From contig NC_043019.1 in assembly GCF_006345805.1 (NCBI RefSeq), positions 31,929,360 to 31,993,359 of the forward strand: a stretch of 64,000 nt of DNA, written 5' to 3'. Below are positions 11,261-23,739 of the stretch, in pieces (position 1 is the first letter of the stretch; each line of letters starts with the position of its first letter). Origin of the DNA: Octopus sinensis (Eukaryota). Below the pieces are notes generated by a model that did not search any database, was not told the origin of the DNA, and worked only from the letters and a program-made list of their open reading frames with translations. The position numbers were made by a program, and so were the translations under genes.

Positions 11261-11960
11261 GAAAGTGTAGTTGTGGCCAATGCTGGTGTTGCGTAACAGG
11301 CACCAGTGCTAGTGGCATGTAAGAAGCACCCTTTGAATGTGGGGCCTCACAGAAGAAATGATAACTGACCGAGACCTTTGGTGATATGCCATGCTTGAAA
11401 AAACTCATTGCGTCAAGTGAAAGTGTAGTTGTGGACAATGGCAGTGTCACGTGACTGACACCCATGCTGGTGGTATGTAAAATGCATCCCTTGAATGTGG
11501 AGTCTCATGGAGGCAATGATAACTAACCTAGACCTTTGGTGATATGCCATGCTTGGAAAGACTCATCGAGTCAAGTGAAAGCCTAGTTGTGGCCGATGCC
11601 TGTGTCATTTAACTGACACCAGTGCTGGTGGCACATAAAAAGGCACTCCTCGAATGTGGAGCCTCGTGGAGGTAATGACAAGTGACCAACACTATTGAGG
11701 ATATGCTGTGCTTGAGAAGACTCGTCAAGCCAAGTGAAAGTGTAGTTGTGGCCAATGCCGGTGTAACGTAACTAGCATCTGTGCTGGTAGCACGTACAAA
11801 GTGCCCATTGCACTCTTTGAGAGGTTGGCATTAGGAAGGGCATCTGTAAAAACCATGCCAAATCAGAGTGGAACCTGGTGCAGCTCTCCAACTTGCCAGT
11901 TCCAATCAATCCTTCCAACCCATGCCAGCATGGAAACCAGACACTATATGATGATGATGA
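11261..11960 (+). repeat. ~158 bp degenerate tandem repeat (3+ units) ending in a retroposon-type tail with (GAT)n
   Basis: gaaagtgtagttgtggcc-like starts at 11261, 11419, 11577 and 11736; tail ggaagggcatc...ccaacccatgccagcatggaa...gatgatgat, with a similar tail at 49440-49540. Confidence 0.8.
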
Positions 11961-12120
11961 TTGGGAAGTCAATTACATCCCCATTTTATCGAGCTCAAAT
12001 GCATGAAAGGCAAAGCCAGCCTTGGTGGAATTTGAAATCTAAATGTAAAAAAATACCAAAAGAAATACTGCTGAGAATTTCGTCCAGTGCAGTAATGATT
12101 CTACGAGTTCCACATTTAAA

Positions 12121-12310
12121 TTAAACAAGGACAGACAATGGGATTAAGTCGATTACATCGACCCCAGTGTGTAACTGGTACTTCATTTATCGACCCCAAA
12201 AGGATGAAAGGCAAAGCCGACCTCAGTGGAATTTGAACTCAGAACGTTACGGCAGACGAAATACCGCTAAGCATTTTGCCCGGCCTGCTAACGTTTCTAC
12301 AAGCTCGCTA
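12121..12310 (-). mobile_element. SINE-B
   Basis: Reverse-complement match to the SINE-B body and head. Confidence 0.85.
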
Positions 12311-12663
12311 CTAGCATGCTAACAATTCTGCCAATAATTTTTAATGTAGGTACAAGGCCACTTAATGAGAGCTACCATCAATTAAATCACAAATTTTAAA
12401 AAAAAATAAATAAATAAAAAATATGGAAATCCTACATGTGCCCTAGTGGGTAGGTGAAAATAAACTCAAATTTAGCAGTAAGGTGCACATAACTAAATTT
12501 CCCCAAGACATTTCATCTGAGGGCCCCCCCCCCCTATATATTGTTGCTTCTGCCATAGTTCTGATAATGCTAAAAATGGTAACCAAAAAAACAAAACAAA
12601 AGAGAAACCAAAACAACTCCTTCCAAAAAAAATCAAACATAGACACATGTATCTGTTTGTGTT

Positions 12664-12718
<55 letters not shown>

Positions 12719-13487
12719 ATACACATACACACACACATGTTCAGGAACACACATCAATGTCAGTTTTTATCATGTTGATGTGATAAAATTATCATTCATG
12801 CATTTTCTGAAACCATCACAACCAGCAACAGTGGCATACCACAGTGCTGTTTAAAATAGGGTTTCAACCCCACTCCACTTCTCTCTCAATATAAATATAT
12901 ATATATATATATGTATGTATGTATATTGTTCAGTGATTAGCACTTGGCAACTGTAGATGGAGTAGTAGTAGTAGTAGCAGTAGTAGCATGCACCATTGCT
13001 GTTGCATCCTTTTCTCTTAATTCTTTGTAGTTGTTGCACCTGGGACTAACTAGGTGTATTCATCATTATCATCGTCGTCGCCATCACTGTTATCATCATC
13101 ATCGTCATCATCATCATCACTATTTCTATCATTACTATCATCAACACCACCATCCAACATCTCTTATTATCATTATTACCACCACCACCATCACCATTAC
13201 CACCATCATCATCTTTTTTTTTTTCCTCCAGCTGCTTTTTCCTTATATGTGTGTGTGTGTGTGTGTTTTTATGGTGTGAAGGAGACTCACACATTTGTGT
13301 GTGTGTGTGTGTTGTGGTAGGGGTGGGGCCGAGTGGGAGGAAGTGTCTGGAAAATGGAGTACGGGTGGGGTGGGGGTGTGTCTTAGTGTGTGGTAGAGAA
13401 CACAAGTTCTTAGTCAATCTGAGGGGTAGGGCCAGTACCTGTAATATTTTCTTAAATCTTTTTAAACTGAGGCATGAAAGCAACATC

Positions 13488-13532
<45 letters not shown>

Positions 13533-13554
13533 TACACTCTTTACTCTAATACGT

Positions 13555-13945
13555 GTTTCAGTCATGTGACTGTAGCCATGCTGGAGCACCGCCTTTAGTC
13601 GAGCAAATCAACCCCAGAACTTATTTTTTGTAAGCCTAGTACTTATTCTATCAGCCTCTTTTGCCGAACCGCTAAGTTACAGGGATGTAAACACCACCAT
13701 CGGTTGTCAAACGATGTTGGGAGGACAAACGCAGACACACAAACATACACACACATACATATATATATATACATATATATACGACGGGCTTCTTTCAGTT
13801 TCCGTCTCCCAAATCCACTCACAAGGCTTTGGTCGGCCCGGGGCTATAGTAGAAGACACTTGCCCAAGGTGCCACGCAGTGGGACTGAACCCGGAACCAT
13901 GTGGTTGGTAAGTGAGCTACTTACAACACAGCCACTCCTACGCCT
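13555..13945 (-). mobile_element. SINE-A
   Basis: Full-length reverse-complement copy. Confidence 0.9.
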
Positions 13946-14339
13946 ATATATATAATATAGATATATATATAATATATATATATATATATACTCTTTTACT
14001 TGTTTCAGTCACCAAAACTGTATTTTTACCTTGATTAGTATAGAGGTTATATCCCTCCATCCAGCACTTGGACTTGATTTGTTGGTCCATACCAGTATTA
14101 CTCAACCATCTTTTTCCTATGGATCTTTTTTGGTTCCTATTTTACTCTACTGGGCCCCCATAGCCTTTTGAAATCTTTTATCATTTACTTGTTTCAATCA
14201 TTAGTCTGCGGCCATGATGAGGCACCGCCTTTGAAGAATTTCAGTTAAACAAACTGACCCCAGAATGCTAAAACACACTCACATGAACATGCATATGATT
14301 GGTTTCTTTCAGTCTCTGTCGACCGAATGCACTCGCAAG

Positions 14340-14507
14340 ATTTTACTCTTTTACTTGTTTCAGTCATTGATTGTGGCCATGCTGGAGCACTGCCTTTAGT
14401 CAAGTAAATCGACCCCAGAACTTATTCTTTGTAAGCCTAGTACTTATTCTATCAGCCTCTTTTGCCGAACGCGATGTTGGGGGCACAAACACAGACACAC
14501 AAACACT

Positions 14508-14541
<34 letters not shown>

Positions 14542-15076
14542 CTATATATATATATCACTGATCACCGACCGACCAGACCATCAGATGTGCTACACATCAG
14601 CGATGGTCACAATGCGTTCGCATTGTTTTAGCCTTCGAATGACGCCACCCCGCTGGCTAAGCGAGCAGGCTAACAGACGAAAGAGTGAGAGAAAGGGTGG
14701 TGAAGGAGTACAGCAGGGATCACCACCACCCTCTGCCGGAGCCTCGTGGACCTTTTAGGTGTTTTCGCTCAATAAACACACACAATGCCTGGTCTGGGAA
14801 TCGAAACTGCGATCCTACAACCGCGAGTCCGCTGCCCTAACCACTGGGCCATTGCGCCTCCACACACACATATATATACACACACACACACACACTCACA
14901 CACACATATATATACGACGGGCCTCTTTCAGTTTCCGTCTACCAAATCCACTCAAGGCTTTGGTCAGCCTGAAGCTATAGTAGAAGACACTTGCCCAAGG
15001 TTCCACACAGTGGGACTGAACCCGGAACCATGTGGCTGATAAGCAAGCTACTTACCACACAGCCACTCCTGCGCCT
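14340..15076 (-). mobile_element. SINE-A split by a SINE-C insertion in its internal microsatellite
   Basis: 3' half at 14340-14520, 5' half at 14895-15076. Confidence 0.85.
14555..14862 (-). mobile_element. SINE-C (tRNA-Arg-like head, RTE-like tail)
   Basis: Reverse complement ggaggcgcaatggcccagtggttagggcagcggactcgcgg...; matches the copy at 25184-25453. Confidence 0.85.
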
Positions 15077-15315
15077 ATATATATATATATGTAGCATGGC
15101 TACAGTCAATGACTGAAACAAGGGTATGTGCTGGTTGGCAGACGGAACATGCTTTTTTCAGTCCTCCGAGAGGCACACGTTTCCACATGTTGTACATGTT
15201 CTGTTGTGAACAACAACCATATCACAATTTGCCATGGGTCGATTCCTGTGGGTTCTATGATGGCTGACCGGGCCCTCATGACTCAAGCACCTCCTCCAAG
15301 AAACCACATGTGTAT

Positions 15316-16707
15316 GGAGGTGCATGGCTTAGTTGTTAGGGTGTTGAACTCATAATCAAAAGATTGTGGTTTTAATTCCTGGACCGGGCGAACGTATTCC
15401 TGAGCAAAAACACTTCATTTCACGTTGCTCCAATCCACTCAGCTGGCAAAAATGAGTAACGCTGCGATGGACTGGCGTCCCGTCCAGCTGGGAACACATA
15501 TGCCATTGAAACCAGGAAACCGAGCCCATGAGCCTGGCTAGGCTTTAAAAGGGCGCATTTGTGGTGGCGCGTGGCTTAGTTAGTGGTTAGGGTGTCAGCA
15601 TCATGATCGTAAGATTGTGGTTTCAATTCCTGGACGGGCGCACGTATTCCTGAGCAAAAACACTTCATTTCAGTTGCTCCAGCCACTCAGCTGGCAAAAA
15701 AAATGAGTAACGTGCGATGGACTGGCGTCCCGTCCAGCTGGGAACACATATTGCCATTGAAACCAGGAAACCGAAGCCCATGAGCCTGGCTAGGCTTTAA
15801 AAGGGCGCATTTGGTGGTGGCGCGTGGCTTAGTGGTTAGGGTGTCAGCATCATGATCGTAAGATTGTGGTTTCAATTCCTGGACTGGGCGACACGTATTC
15901 CTGAGCAAAAACACTTCATTTCACGTTGCTCCAGTCCACTCAGCTGGCAAAAATGAGTAACGCTGCGATGGACTGGCGTCCCGTCCAGCTGGGAACACAT
16001 ATGCCATTGAAACCAGGAAACCGAGCCCATGAGCCTGGCTAGGCTTTAAAAGGGCGCATTTGTGGTGGCGCGTGGCTTAGTGGTTAGGGTGTCAGCATCA
16101 TGATCGTAAGATTGTGGTTTCAATTCCTGGACTGGGCGACACGTATTCCTGAGCAAAAACACTTCATTTCACGTTGCTCCAGTCCACTCAGCTGGCAAAA
16201 ATGAGTAACGCTGCGATGGACTGGCGTCCCGTCCAGCTGGGAACACATATGCCATTGAAACCAGGAAACCGAGCCCATGAGCCTGGCTAGGCTTTAAAAG
16301 GGCGCATTTGTGGTGGTTGGCGCGTGGCTTAGTGGTTAGGGTGTCAGCATCATGATCGTAAGATTGTGGTTTCAATTCCTGGACCGGGCGACACGTATTC
16401 CTGAGCAAAAACACTTCATTTCACGTTGCTCCAGTCCACTCAGCTGGCAAAAAGAGTAACGCTGCGATGGACTGGCGTCCGTTCAGCTGGGAACACATAT
16501 GCCATTGAAACCAGGAAACCGAGCCCATGAGCCTGGCTAGGCTTTAAAAGGGCGCATTTGTGGTGGCGCGTGGCTTAGTGGTTAGGGTGTCAGCATCATG
16601 ATCGTAAGATTGTGGTTTCAATTCCTGGACTGGGCGACACGTATTCCTGAGCAAAAACACTTCATTTCACGATGCTCCAGTCCACTCAGCTGGCAAAAAT
16701 GAGTAAA
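15316..16707 (+). repeat. Tandem array of ~5.5 SINE-E units (~248 bp)
   Basis: Unit starts at about 15318, 15566, 15819, 16067, 16319 and 16565; each has A-box tggcttagtggttagg and B-box-like ggtttcaattcc. Confidence 0.95.
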
Positions 16708-16849
16708 CCCTTCAATGCAGATTGAAATATTTTGAGCATTGTGGAACTGTGAGCAATTTACTGCACATAAATTTCAACAATAAAATCTCTGACGGTCGTT
16801 TAGAAAACGCGCAGGCTAAAACTACCCACCTCCACTAATCAGTTACGGT

Positions 16850-16940
16850 GAGACAGTGTCACGTGACAACTTGCTGGGGCTGCCTGCTGGAGCCTAGCGG
16901 CAGGTATTTAAAGGGAAAGTTTGACAAGTCAGTCAGTCAC
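16850..16940 (+). promoter_or_regulatory. Candidate Pol II core promoter (E-box, TATA-like, Inr-like), probably of a PLE-like element
   Basis: Palindrome gtcacgtgac at about 16858-16867, TATTTAAAG at 16905, TCAGT 26-30 nt downstream. Confidence 0.4.
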
Positions 16941-17100
16941 CGGCTGACACTCGCTGATGATACATCGAAGAGGCCAAGGAACAGAAGAAAGAAGACATGC
17001 ACTCCCAACACCAGAGCTGAAGACACCTCTGAAGTGGGGTGGGGGGGGGGGTCCCGCCACGTCAAAACGGTAGAGGAGTAGGGGTCGAAACTGGATGTGA

Positions 17101-17460
17101 TTCCTCCTGATGATGTCTTGAGCTAACTGGATCCTACAAAGGAGCTGTTGTGGTAGCAGACCATGAAACACGGTTGTAATTCCCTGGTGGTTCCTCCTGA
17201 TGATGTCTTGAGCTAACTGGATCCTATAAAGGAGCTGTTGTGGCAGCAGACCACGAAACACGGTTGTAATTCCTTGGTGGTTCCTCCTGATGATGTCTTG
17301 AGCTAACTGGATCCTATAAAGGAGCTGTTGTGGTAGCAGACCATGAAACACGGTTGTAATTCCTTGGTGGTTCCTCCTGATGATGTCTTGAGCTAACTGG
17401 ATCCTATAAAGGAGCTGTTGTGGTAGCAGACCACGAAACACGGTTGTAATTCCCTGGTTG
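17101..17460 (+). repeat. 4 x 90 bp tandem repeat with hammerhead-like motifs
   Basis: Near-identical units at 17101, 17191, 17281 and 17371; each has CTGATGA, a gtggt(agcag)accac-type hairpin and GAAAC-ACGGTT-GTA. Confidence 0.9.
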
Positions 17461-18189
17461 AAAACCACTGATCTAGATTGACCCTTTGAGGTGGTGCCCT
17501 GCCCCAAAATGGCCACACTCTAACGACTGAAACAAGTAAAATATAAAAGAAATCGGAAGCATCAAACAGTTTCCTTTTTTTTTTCCCCTCTTTTTTTTTT
17601 TCTTTCTTTCTTTCTTCTCTGCCTTTTTCCCTTCAAGTTAAAAAGTCCTGTCTCGGGTTGTTATTAAGAAGTGCTAAATGCCACTTGTAAAGTGATGGTG
17701 GAAGCTTTTAAAAGAAAACATCGTTTTGGTTTCTTAGTATTTTTCTCACTATTCTTGTAAAAGAGCTGTTACATCAACAAAGAGGAATAGTGTGCGTCCG
17801 TATGTGTGTGTACGCTTGTTTGTGTGTGTGTGTGTGTGTGTTTTGTTTTCTATTTTTCTTATTGCTTCAGTTTTTTCTTTTGTTTCAGGAGTGGGGGTGG
17901 GGTGGAAAGGTAGCTGGGTGGGAGGAGTTCTTTGTTTTTTTTCTCTTTTTAGTTTTTGTTTTGTCTTTTTTGTTTTGCCGTTGCATTTGTATATTCCTAT
18001 GCATGCATGTGTGTGTGTGCACATGTGTTTACAAGTGGGCATACTCTGCATGTGTGTGTGTGTGTCTTTGCCTGTGTGTGTGTGTGTTTTGGATTCTGTA
18101 TATATTTTTTTTTTCTGAATGAAACAAAAGAAAGATAATCTTGTCTGTGTAATAAAGACTGAAGTCTTGAACACTTAGAAGAATGTCTC

Positions 18190-18840
18190 CTTGATGGTGG
18201 TGATGATGATGATGGTGATGATGGTGGTGGTGGTGGTGGCATTGGTAATATTGATAGTGGTACTTTTGATGATAATAATAGCGATGGTGGTAATGGTGGC
18301 GGTGGTGGTAGTGACAGTATTGGTGGTAGTTGTAGTAGTGATTAGGAGTAGTAGTGGCAACTGTATTATTGATAGTAGCAGTAGTAGTAGTAGTTCTGAT
18401 AACGATGGCACCAGTAGTGGTATTGATGGTTGTGGTGGTGGTGGTATTGACTGTGATGGTGGCAGTGGTAGTGGTAATGATGATATTGAGGATGGCCATG
18501 GTGGTAGTGTTGACAATGAGGGTAAGCAATAATGCTATTGACATTTTATGGTGTGGTGGTGGTGGTGGTTCTGGTGGTTATTGATTGAGATAGTGATGGT
18601 GGAGGTGGTAGTGGTAACGATGGTAGGAATGGCGGTATTGATGGATGGGGATGATGATGATGATGCTGGTGGTGGTGGTGGTGGTGGTGGTGGTGGTGGT
18701 GGTGCTTCTGGTGGTTATTGATTGAGATAGTGATGGTGGAGGTGGTAGTGGTAACGTTGGTAGGAATGGCAGCGGTATTGATGGATGGTGGTGGTGGTGA
18801 TGATGATGATGATGATGATGATGCTGGTGGTGGTGATGGT
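18190..18840. repeat. (GGT/GAT/AGT)n low-complexity tract with an internal ~130 bp duplication
   Basis: ggtggttattgattgagatagtgatggtggaggtggtagtggtaacg occurs twice (about 18575 and 18710). Confidence 0.9.
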
Positions 18841-19434
18841 GTAAATTGCATTGCCAATCTAATGCTGAAATACTTGACTGGTGCTTGATTTCATTTGAAC
18901 CTCTCCCAGCTGAACTTGAACCGAGAATGTAAAGAATTGAATACCATAACCATTTGAGATTTAACCTGGCCACATCCGACCCAAATATTCTACCTGTTTT
19001 ATGTCCAAACTGGCCAGATCCAGTCTCTCACACCTACCCTACAATGTCATTCTAAAAATTAACACTCACCTCGTTAAAATCTTGAAGCTAAGAGATAATA
19101 CAGGATTAACTGAAAACAATGTGATTAAATAAGCATTACATTTGACAGTAATCTGAATGCTAAATGTTTAAACCAGCCATGCCCAACCCAGATAGTTTAC
19201 CCATTTTATATTTATATTGGCCAGATCCAGTCTCTTAGACTTGTCTTACAATGTTGGTCTAAAAATAAACAAGAACACACAGAGAGCGCAAAACTCCGCC
19301 AAGGCAACACCAACGTTCTCTCAACGATTGGTCAGAGATGAATTTTAAAATGAGAATACTAAAAATGAATCCGTTGGCTCTCAAAAATTAAGTAAAAAAA
19401 AAAAAACAGGAAAAGTAATCCAGAATCCTTAATC

Positions 19435-20035
19435 GACTTAATCCGTTTGTCTGTCCTTGTTTGTCCCCTTTGTGTGTGGCCCCTTGTGGGTAGTAAAGAG
19501 ATAGGTATTTTGCCTGTCTTTACATTCTGAGTTCAAATTCCGCCGAGGTCGACTTTGCCTTTCATCCTTTCGGAGTCGATAAATTAAGTACCAGTTACGC
19601 ACTGGGGATCGATGTAATCGACTTAATCCCTTTGTCTGTCCTTGTTTGTCCCCTCTATGTTTAGCCCCTTGCGGTTAGTAAAGAAATAGGTATCTCGCCT
19701 ATCTTTACGTTCTGAGTTCAAATTCCGCCAAGGTCGACTTTGCCTTTTGATCCTTTCGGGGTCGATAAATTAAGTACCAGTTACGCACTGGGGATCGATG
19801 TAATCAACTAAATCCCTTTGTCTGTCCTTGTTTGTCCTCTCTGTGTGTGGGCAGTAAAGAGATAGGTATTTTGCCTGTCTTTACATTCTGAGTTCAAATT
19901 CCGCTGAGGTCAACTTTGCCTTTCATCCTTTCGGGGTCGATAAATTAAGTACCAGTTATGCACTGGGGGTCGATGTAATCGACTTAATCCCTTTGTCTGT
20001 CCTTGTTTGACCCCTTGTGGGCAATAAAGAAATAA
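19435..20035 (+). mobile_element. SINE-B tandem array (~180 bp units)
   Basis: About three units joined at aaaga(a/g)ataggta|t. Confidence 0.9.
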
Positions 20036-20429
20036 GAATTAACTAGCAGGCTTACAAGGGCCCCAGATCTGCCCGACAAAAAAAAAAAAAGGAAAAATAA
20101 AAAAATAAAAAACTGTTCACAGGCTGTGCTCCAGCATGGCTGCCATCTAATGACTGACAAAAATAGAAGTGAAAGTAAAACACACACACACACACCTCAC
20201 AGTCACACGTAAAAACAAGATATATGATTTATAATTTCCTGTACAGAAATAGCTGTAAAACATACAAATTACTAATGCAATCCTTCGGTGTAATAATAAC
20301 CATTGCTTTCCTCTCTTTCTCTCTCTCTCTTTCTCTCTTCTTCTTTCTCATCTCCGTTCCTTGTTTTCTTTCTCCTTTTTTTTTTCTTGTTTTTCTTTTT
20401 GTTTCTTTTTTCTATATTTCTGTCTTCTT

Positions 20430-20495
20430 CTATTTTGTGTTCTTCTTACTGAGTGCATGTGTATACATGTATGTGCATATTTGTGTGTGTGTGTG

Positions 20496-20536
<41 letters not shown>

Positions 20537-21144
20537 CGTACACACATGTATATATGTGTATATATGTATATAACTGCGTGTGCTTATGTATAAGTGTGTG
20601 TTGTGTGTGTACATATTTATAAATGCATGTATATGTGTGTGTTTGTGTATGTATGTATATGTGTGTGTGTATATATATATATATACACACACATATATAT
20701 ATACATATATATATATAATCTTGTTTCAGTCATTTGACTACATGCATCCTGGAGCACTGCCTTATGTGTGTTTATATATTATATATTATATATATATATA
20801 TTATATATATATATATATATACATATATACACACACACACCACACACACATGTGCATATGTATATAAATAGGTATGTATTTGTGGTGTCTGTGTGTGTAT
20901 ATATATATATATATTATATATATATATGTATGCTCACACACACACACACATGAAAGGTGGTGCTCCAGCATGGCCACAATCTAATGACTGAAATGAGTAA
21001 CAGACATCCAATAAATATTATGTAAACACATATGCAGTAGTTTCCTGCTAATCTCTCAATGCACTACTTACAATATCCACTATTATTGTTATCACAATCA
21101 CCATTATTATTATCATTATTATCATCATTATTATTATTATTATA

Positions 21145-21177
<33 letters not shown>

Positions 21178-21631
21178 GGTATGTATTATTGTTGTTAGTT
21201 TCATTGTTGGTATGTGTTGTTGTTATTCATAATTTTTACAGAAATGAATTATTGCTTTACTGTAGCTACTTTAGGAATACATCCCCCCCCTCTATTCCAC
21301 CACCGTCCACCTTGTACAAGTGCGATGTATTCCTTTAATATTCAAAGAACAACAACAAAAGGAAAGACATGTAGGAGTGCTGGTAGTTCTCACCCCCACT
21401 GCCTTACATCTCTCTCTCACTCTCACTCCATCTCCCTGTCTGTCTATCTGCTGTTTCTCTCTATCTATCTATCTATCTATCTCTCCCTCTCTCTCTTTCT
21501 GCTGTGGCACCGAGCCATCTGAGCCATCCGTCCATCCTAATGGCTCAATCCATCATTTCTTTGCATCTTAGACATCTGTCAGACATCCAAAGAACCATTG
21601 TTTTCTCTGTTCAGCTGACTGATAATTATAC

Positions 21632-21713
<82 letters not shown>

Positions 21714-22040
21714 ACGTGTGCATGTGTAATATATACATATATGTATGTATGTATATATATATATATATATGTTCGTTCTCGTTGTGTTCTATGTTTATTT
21801 GTGGTGTCCTGTACTCATATATATATATATATATGCATGTATATATACATATAGATGTAGGTATGTACATATATGTATGTATGTATGCATATGTTTTTTT
21901 TATTAAATTATATATATATATATACATATATACATATATATATATATACATACACATACATAAACAGCTGTGTATATATATATACACATACACACACATG
22001 TTTATGTATGTGTGTATGTGTGTGTGTGTGTGTATATATA
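20430..22040. repeat. Microsatellite-dominated region (TA, TG, CA, ATT, TATC)
   Basis: Direct inspection. Confidence 0.9.
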
Positions 22041-22175
22041 TATATTTCTGTGTATATACGTATTTATATTTCTAAACAGACCAATCATCATGATCAGATT
22101 TTGTTTTCCATTTATTGCACTTTCTAATTGTTCCTGGTTTGCTTCTTTTTTTCCTTCTCTTTTATTTTTTCAGTT

Positions 22176-22214
<39 letters not shown>

Positions 22215-22218
22215 CTCC

Positions 22219-22254
22219 CTATCTGAAGAAGGACCAATGTCCAAAACGTCATAG
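22219..22254 (+). ncRNA. Minimal type I hammerhead-like fold (G12A)
   Basis: ctat-ctgaaga-a-ggac(caat)gtcc-aaaa-cgt-c-atag; stem I ctat/atag. Confidence 0.6.
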
Positions 22255-22387
22255 CAGCTAACTCTTTCCATTTCTCTGAACATCAATCAAGCAAATAATA
22301 TTGATCACAAATTTATCTCCTCTTTATATTTTTGGCATATTGTCTTACATATTTTTGTTCTTTACAACTCACACACACACCTACATA

Positions 22388-23128
22388 CCGTAAATCTCCG
22401 AGTATAGTCTGCCCTTGGGTATAATACGCAGGGTATTTTTAGGGGGTTGTACCTCTGAAAATCTTAAACCTTGTGTATAATACGCACCCCTTCTCTAACT
22501 TGAGTCGTGCGTAATTAAGCCAGCAGTACCTAGTCAAACAAACACTTCCGCGCATGCGTAATACAATAATGGTGATGTTTTTAACTGTTACATGTGAATG
22601 TAAATATGTTTGCAAATTGTTTTTGTTACATGTTATGAGTATAATACGCAGGGGATTTGTAGGGGGATGTCCCTCTGAAAATCCTAAACCTTGTGTATAA
22701 TACGCACTCCTTCTCTAACTTGAGTCGTGTGTAATTAAGCCAGCAGCACCTAGTCGAACAAACACTTCCGCGCATGCGTAATACAATAATGGTGATGTTC
22801 TTAACTGTTATATGGGAATGTAAAGATGTTTTCAAATTGTTTTTGTTACACGTTATTCTGTGTTCTGAATACTTTTATTTTTATAAATGTTGCTTACTGC
22901 AAGTTATGGATGATTCTTTTATGACTTCATTGCTTTCAGGCTTAGCTTAAGGTATTTTCGCGCCCGACATCACAAAATGCGTCTGAATAAACATTGCCGG
23001 GCAGCAAATAGAGACTCGGACATTGCTTAGAAAATATTTTTCATTTTTAACCTCGTGTATAGTACGCACTCAGGATTTTGACCTTTAAATTTTGGGAAAA
23101 AAATGCGGATTATACTCGAGGATTTATG
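22388..23128. mobile_element. pogo/Tigger-like MITE with an internal ~223 bp tandem duplication
   Basis: TIRs taccgtaaatctccgagtatagtctgc and gcggattatactcgaggatttatg; internal repeat gtataatacgcagg at about 22417 and 22640. Confidence 0.7.
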
Positions 23129-23441
23129 ACACATACATATGTATACGTAAGCATTTGTATGTATACATGTGTCATTTAGCTTTTGGTTGGTGACTCATTT
23201 GACTTTATTGGTGTCAAGACTCCTCATAATTAGTGTTATAATGTTATCCTTGAGATTTTTTCAGAATTACTGCTCAAAATTTAGCATGTGTGTTTGTAGA
23301 TTTGGATGTATGGTTAGAAAGCTTGCTTCCCAACCAAATGTTTTCAGGTTCTGTCCCGCTGCACAGCACCTTGGGCAAGTGTCTTCTATCAATTATATCC
23401 TGAAGCTGATTAAAACTATGTGAGTGGTTTGGTAGAAAACC

Positions 23442-23474
<33 letters not shown>

Positions 23475-23481
23475 TATATAC

Positions 23482-23720
23482 GTGAAGGCACATGGCTTAG
23501 TGGTTAGGGTGTTGTACTCGCGATTCAGAGGTCGTGGTTTCGATTCCCAGACTAGGCATTGCATTGTGTTTTTGAGCAAAGCACTTCCTTTCTCATTCCT
23601 CTGTGAACGTTTCATCATCTGACATGTGGCACATGGTGCACCTGTACAGGTAATGTTGATTTGATGGAGGGAGTGAGCTTAAGTGTACCCAAATATTTGA
23701 TAACTGTAAATAAATCGTGT
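23482..23720 (+). mobile_element. tRNA-headed SINE; related minus-strand copy at 35050-35280
   Basis: gaaggcacatggcttagtggttagg...ggtttcgattccc head; shared body catctga...ggtgcacctgt...ttgatggagggagtgagct. Confidence 0.7.
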
Positions 23721-23739
23721 GTGGGTTGTACAGCGAGAA

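Noticed and set aside
15316-16707. tRNA gene cluster
   Set aside because: Heads have A/B boxes but no proper acceptor or anticodon stems and continue into SINE bodies; the same applies to all tRNA-like heads in the window.
17101-17460. CRISPR-like regular repeat
   Set aside because: Units are contiguous with no unique spacers; eukaryotic context and no cas genes.
16929-17516. 195 aa minus-strand ORF with 30 aa repeats
   Set aside because: Follows from a 90 bp unit lacking a stop in one frame; it starts in a SINE remnant and has no recognisable domain. Cannot be fully excluded without expression data.
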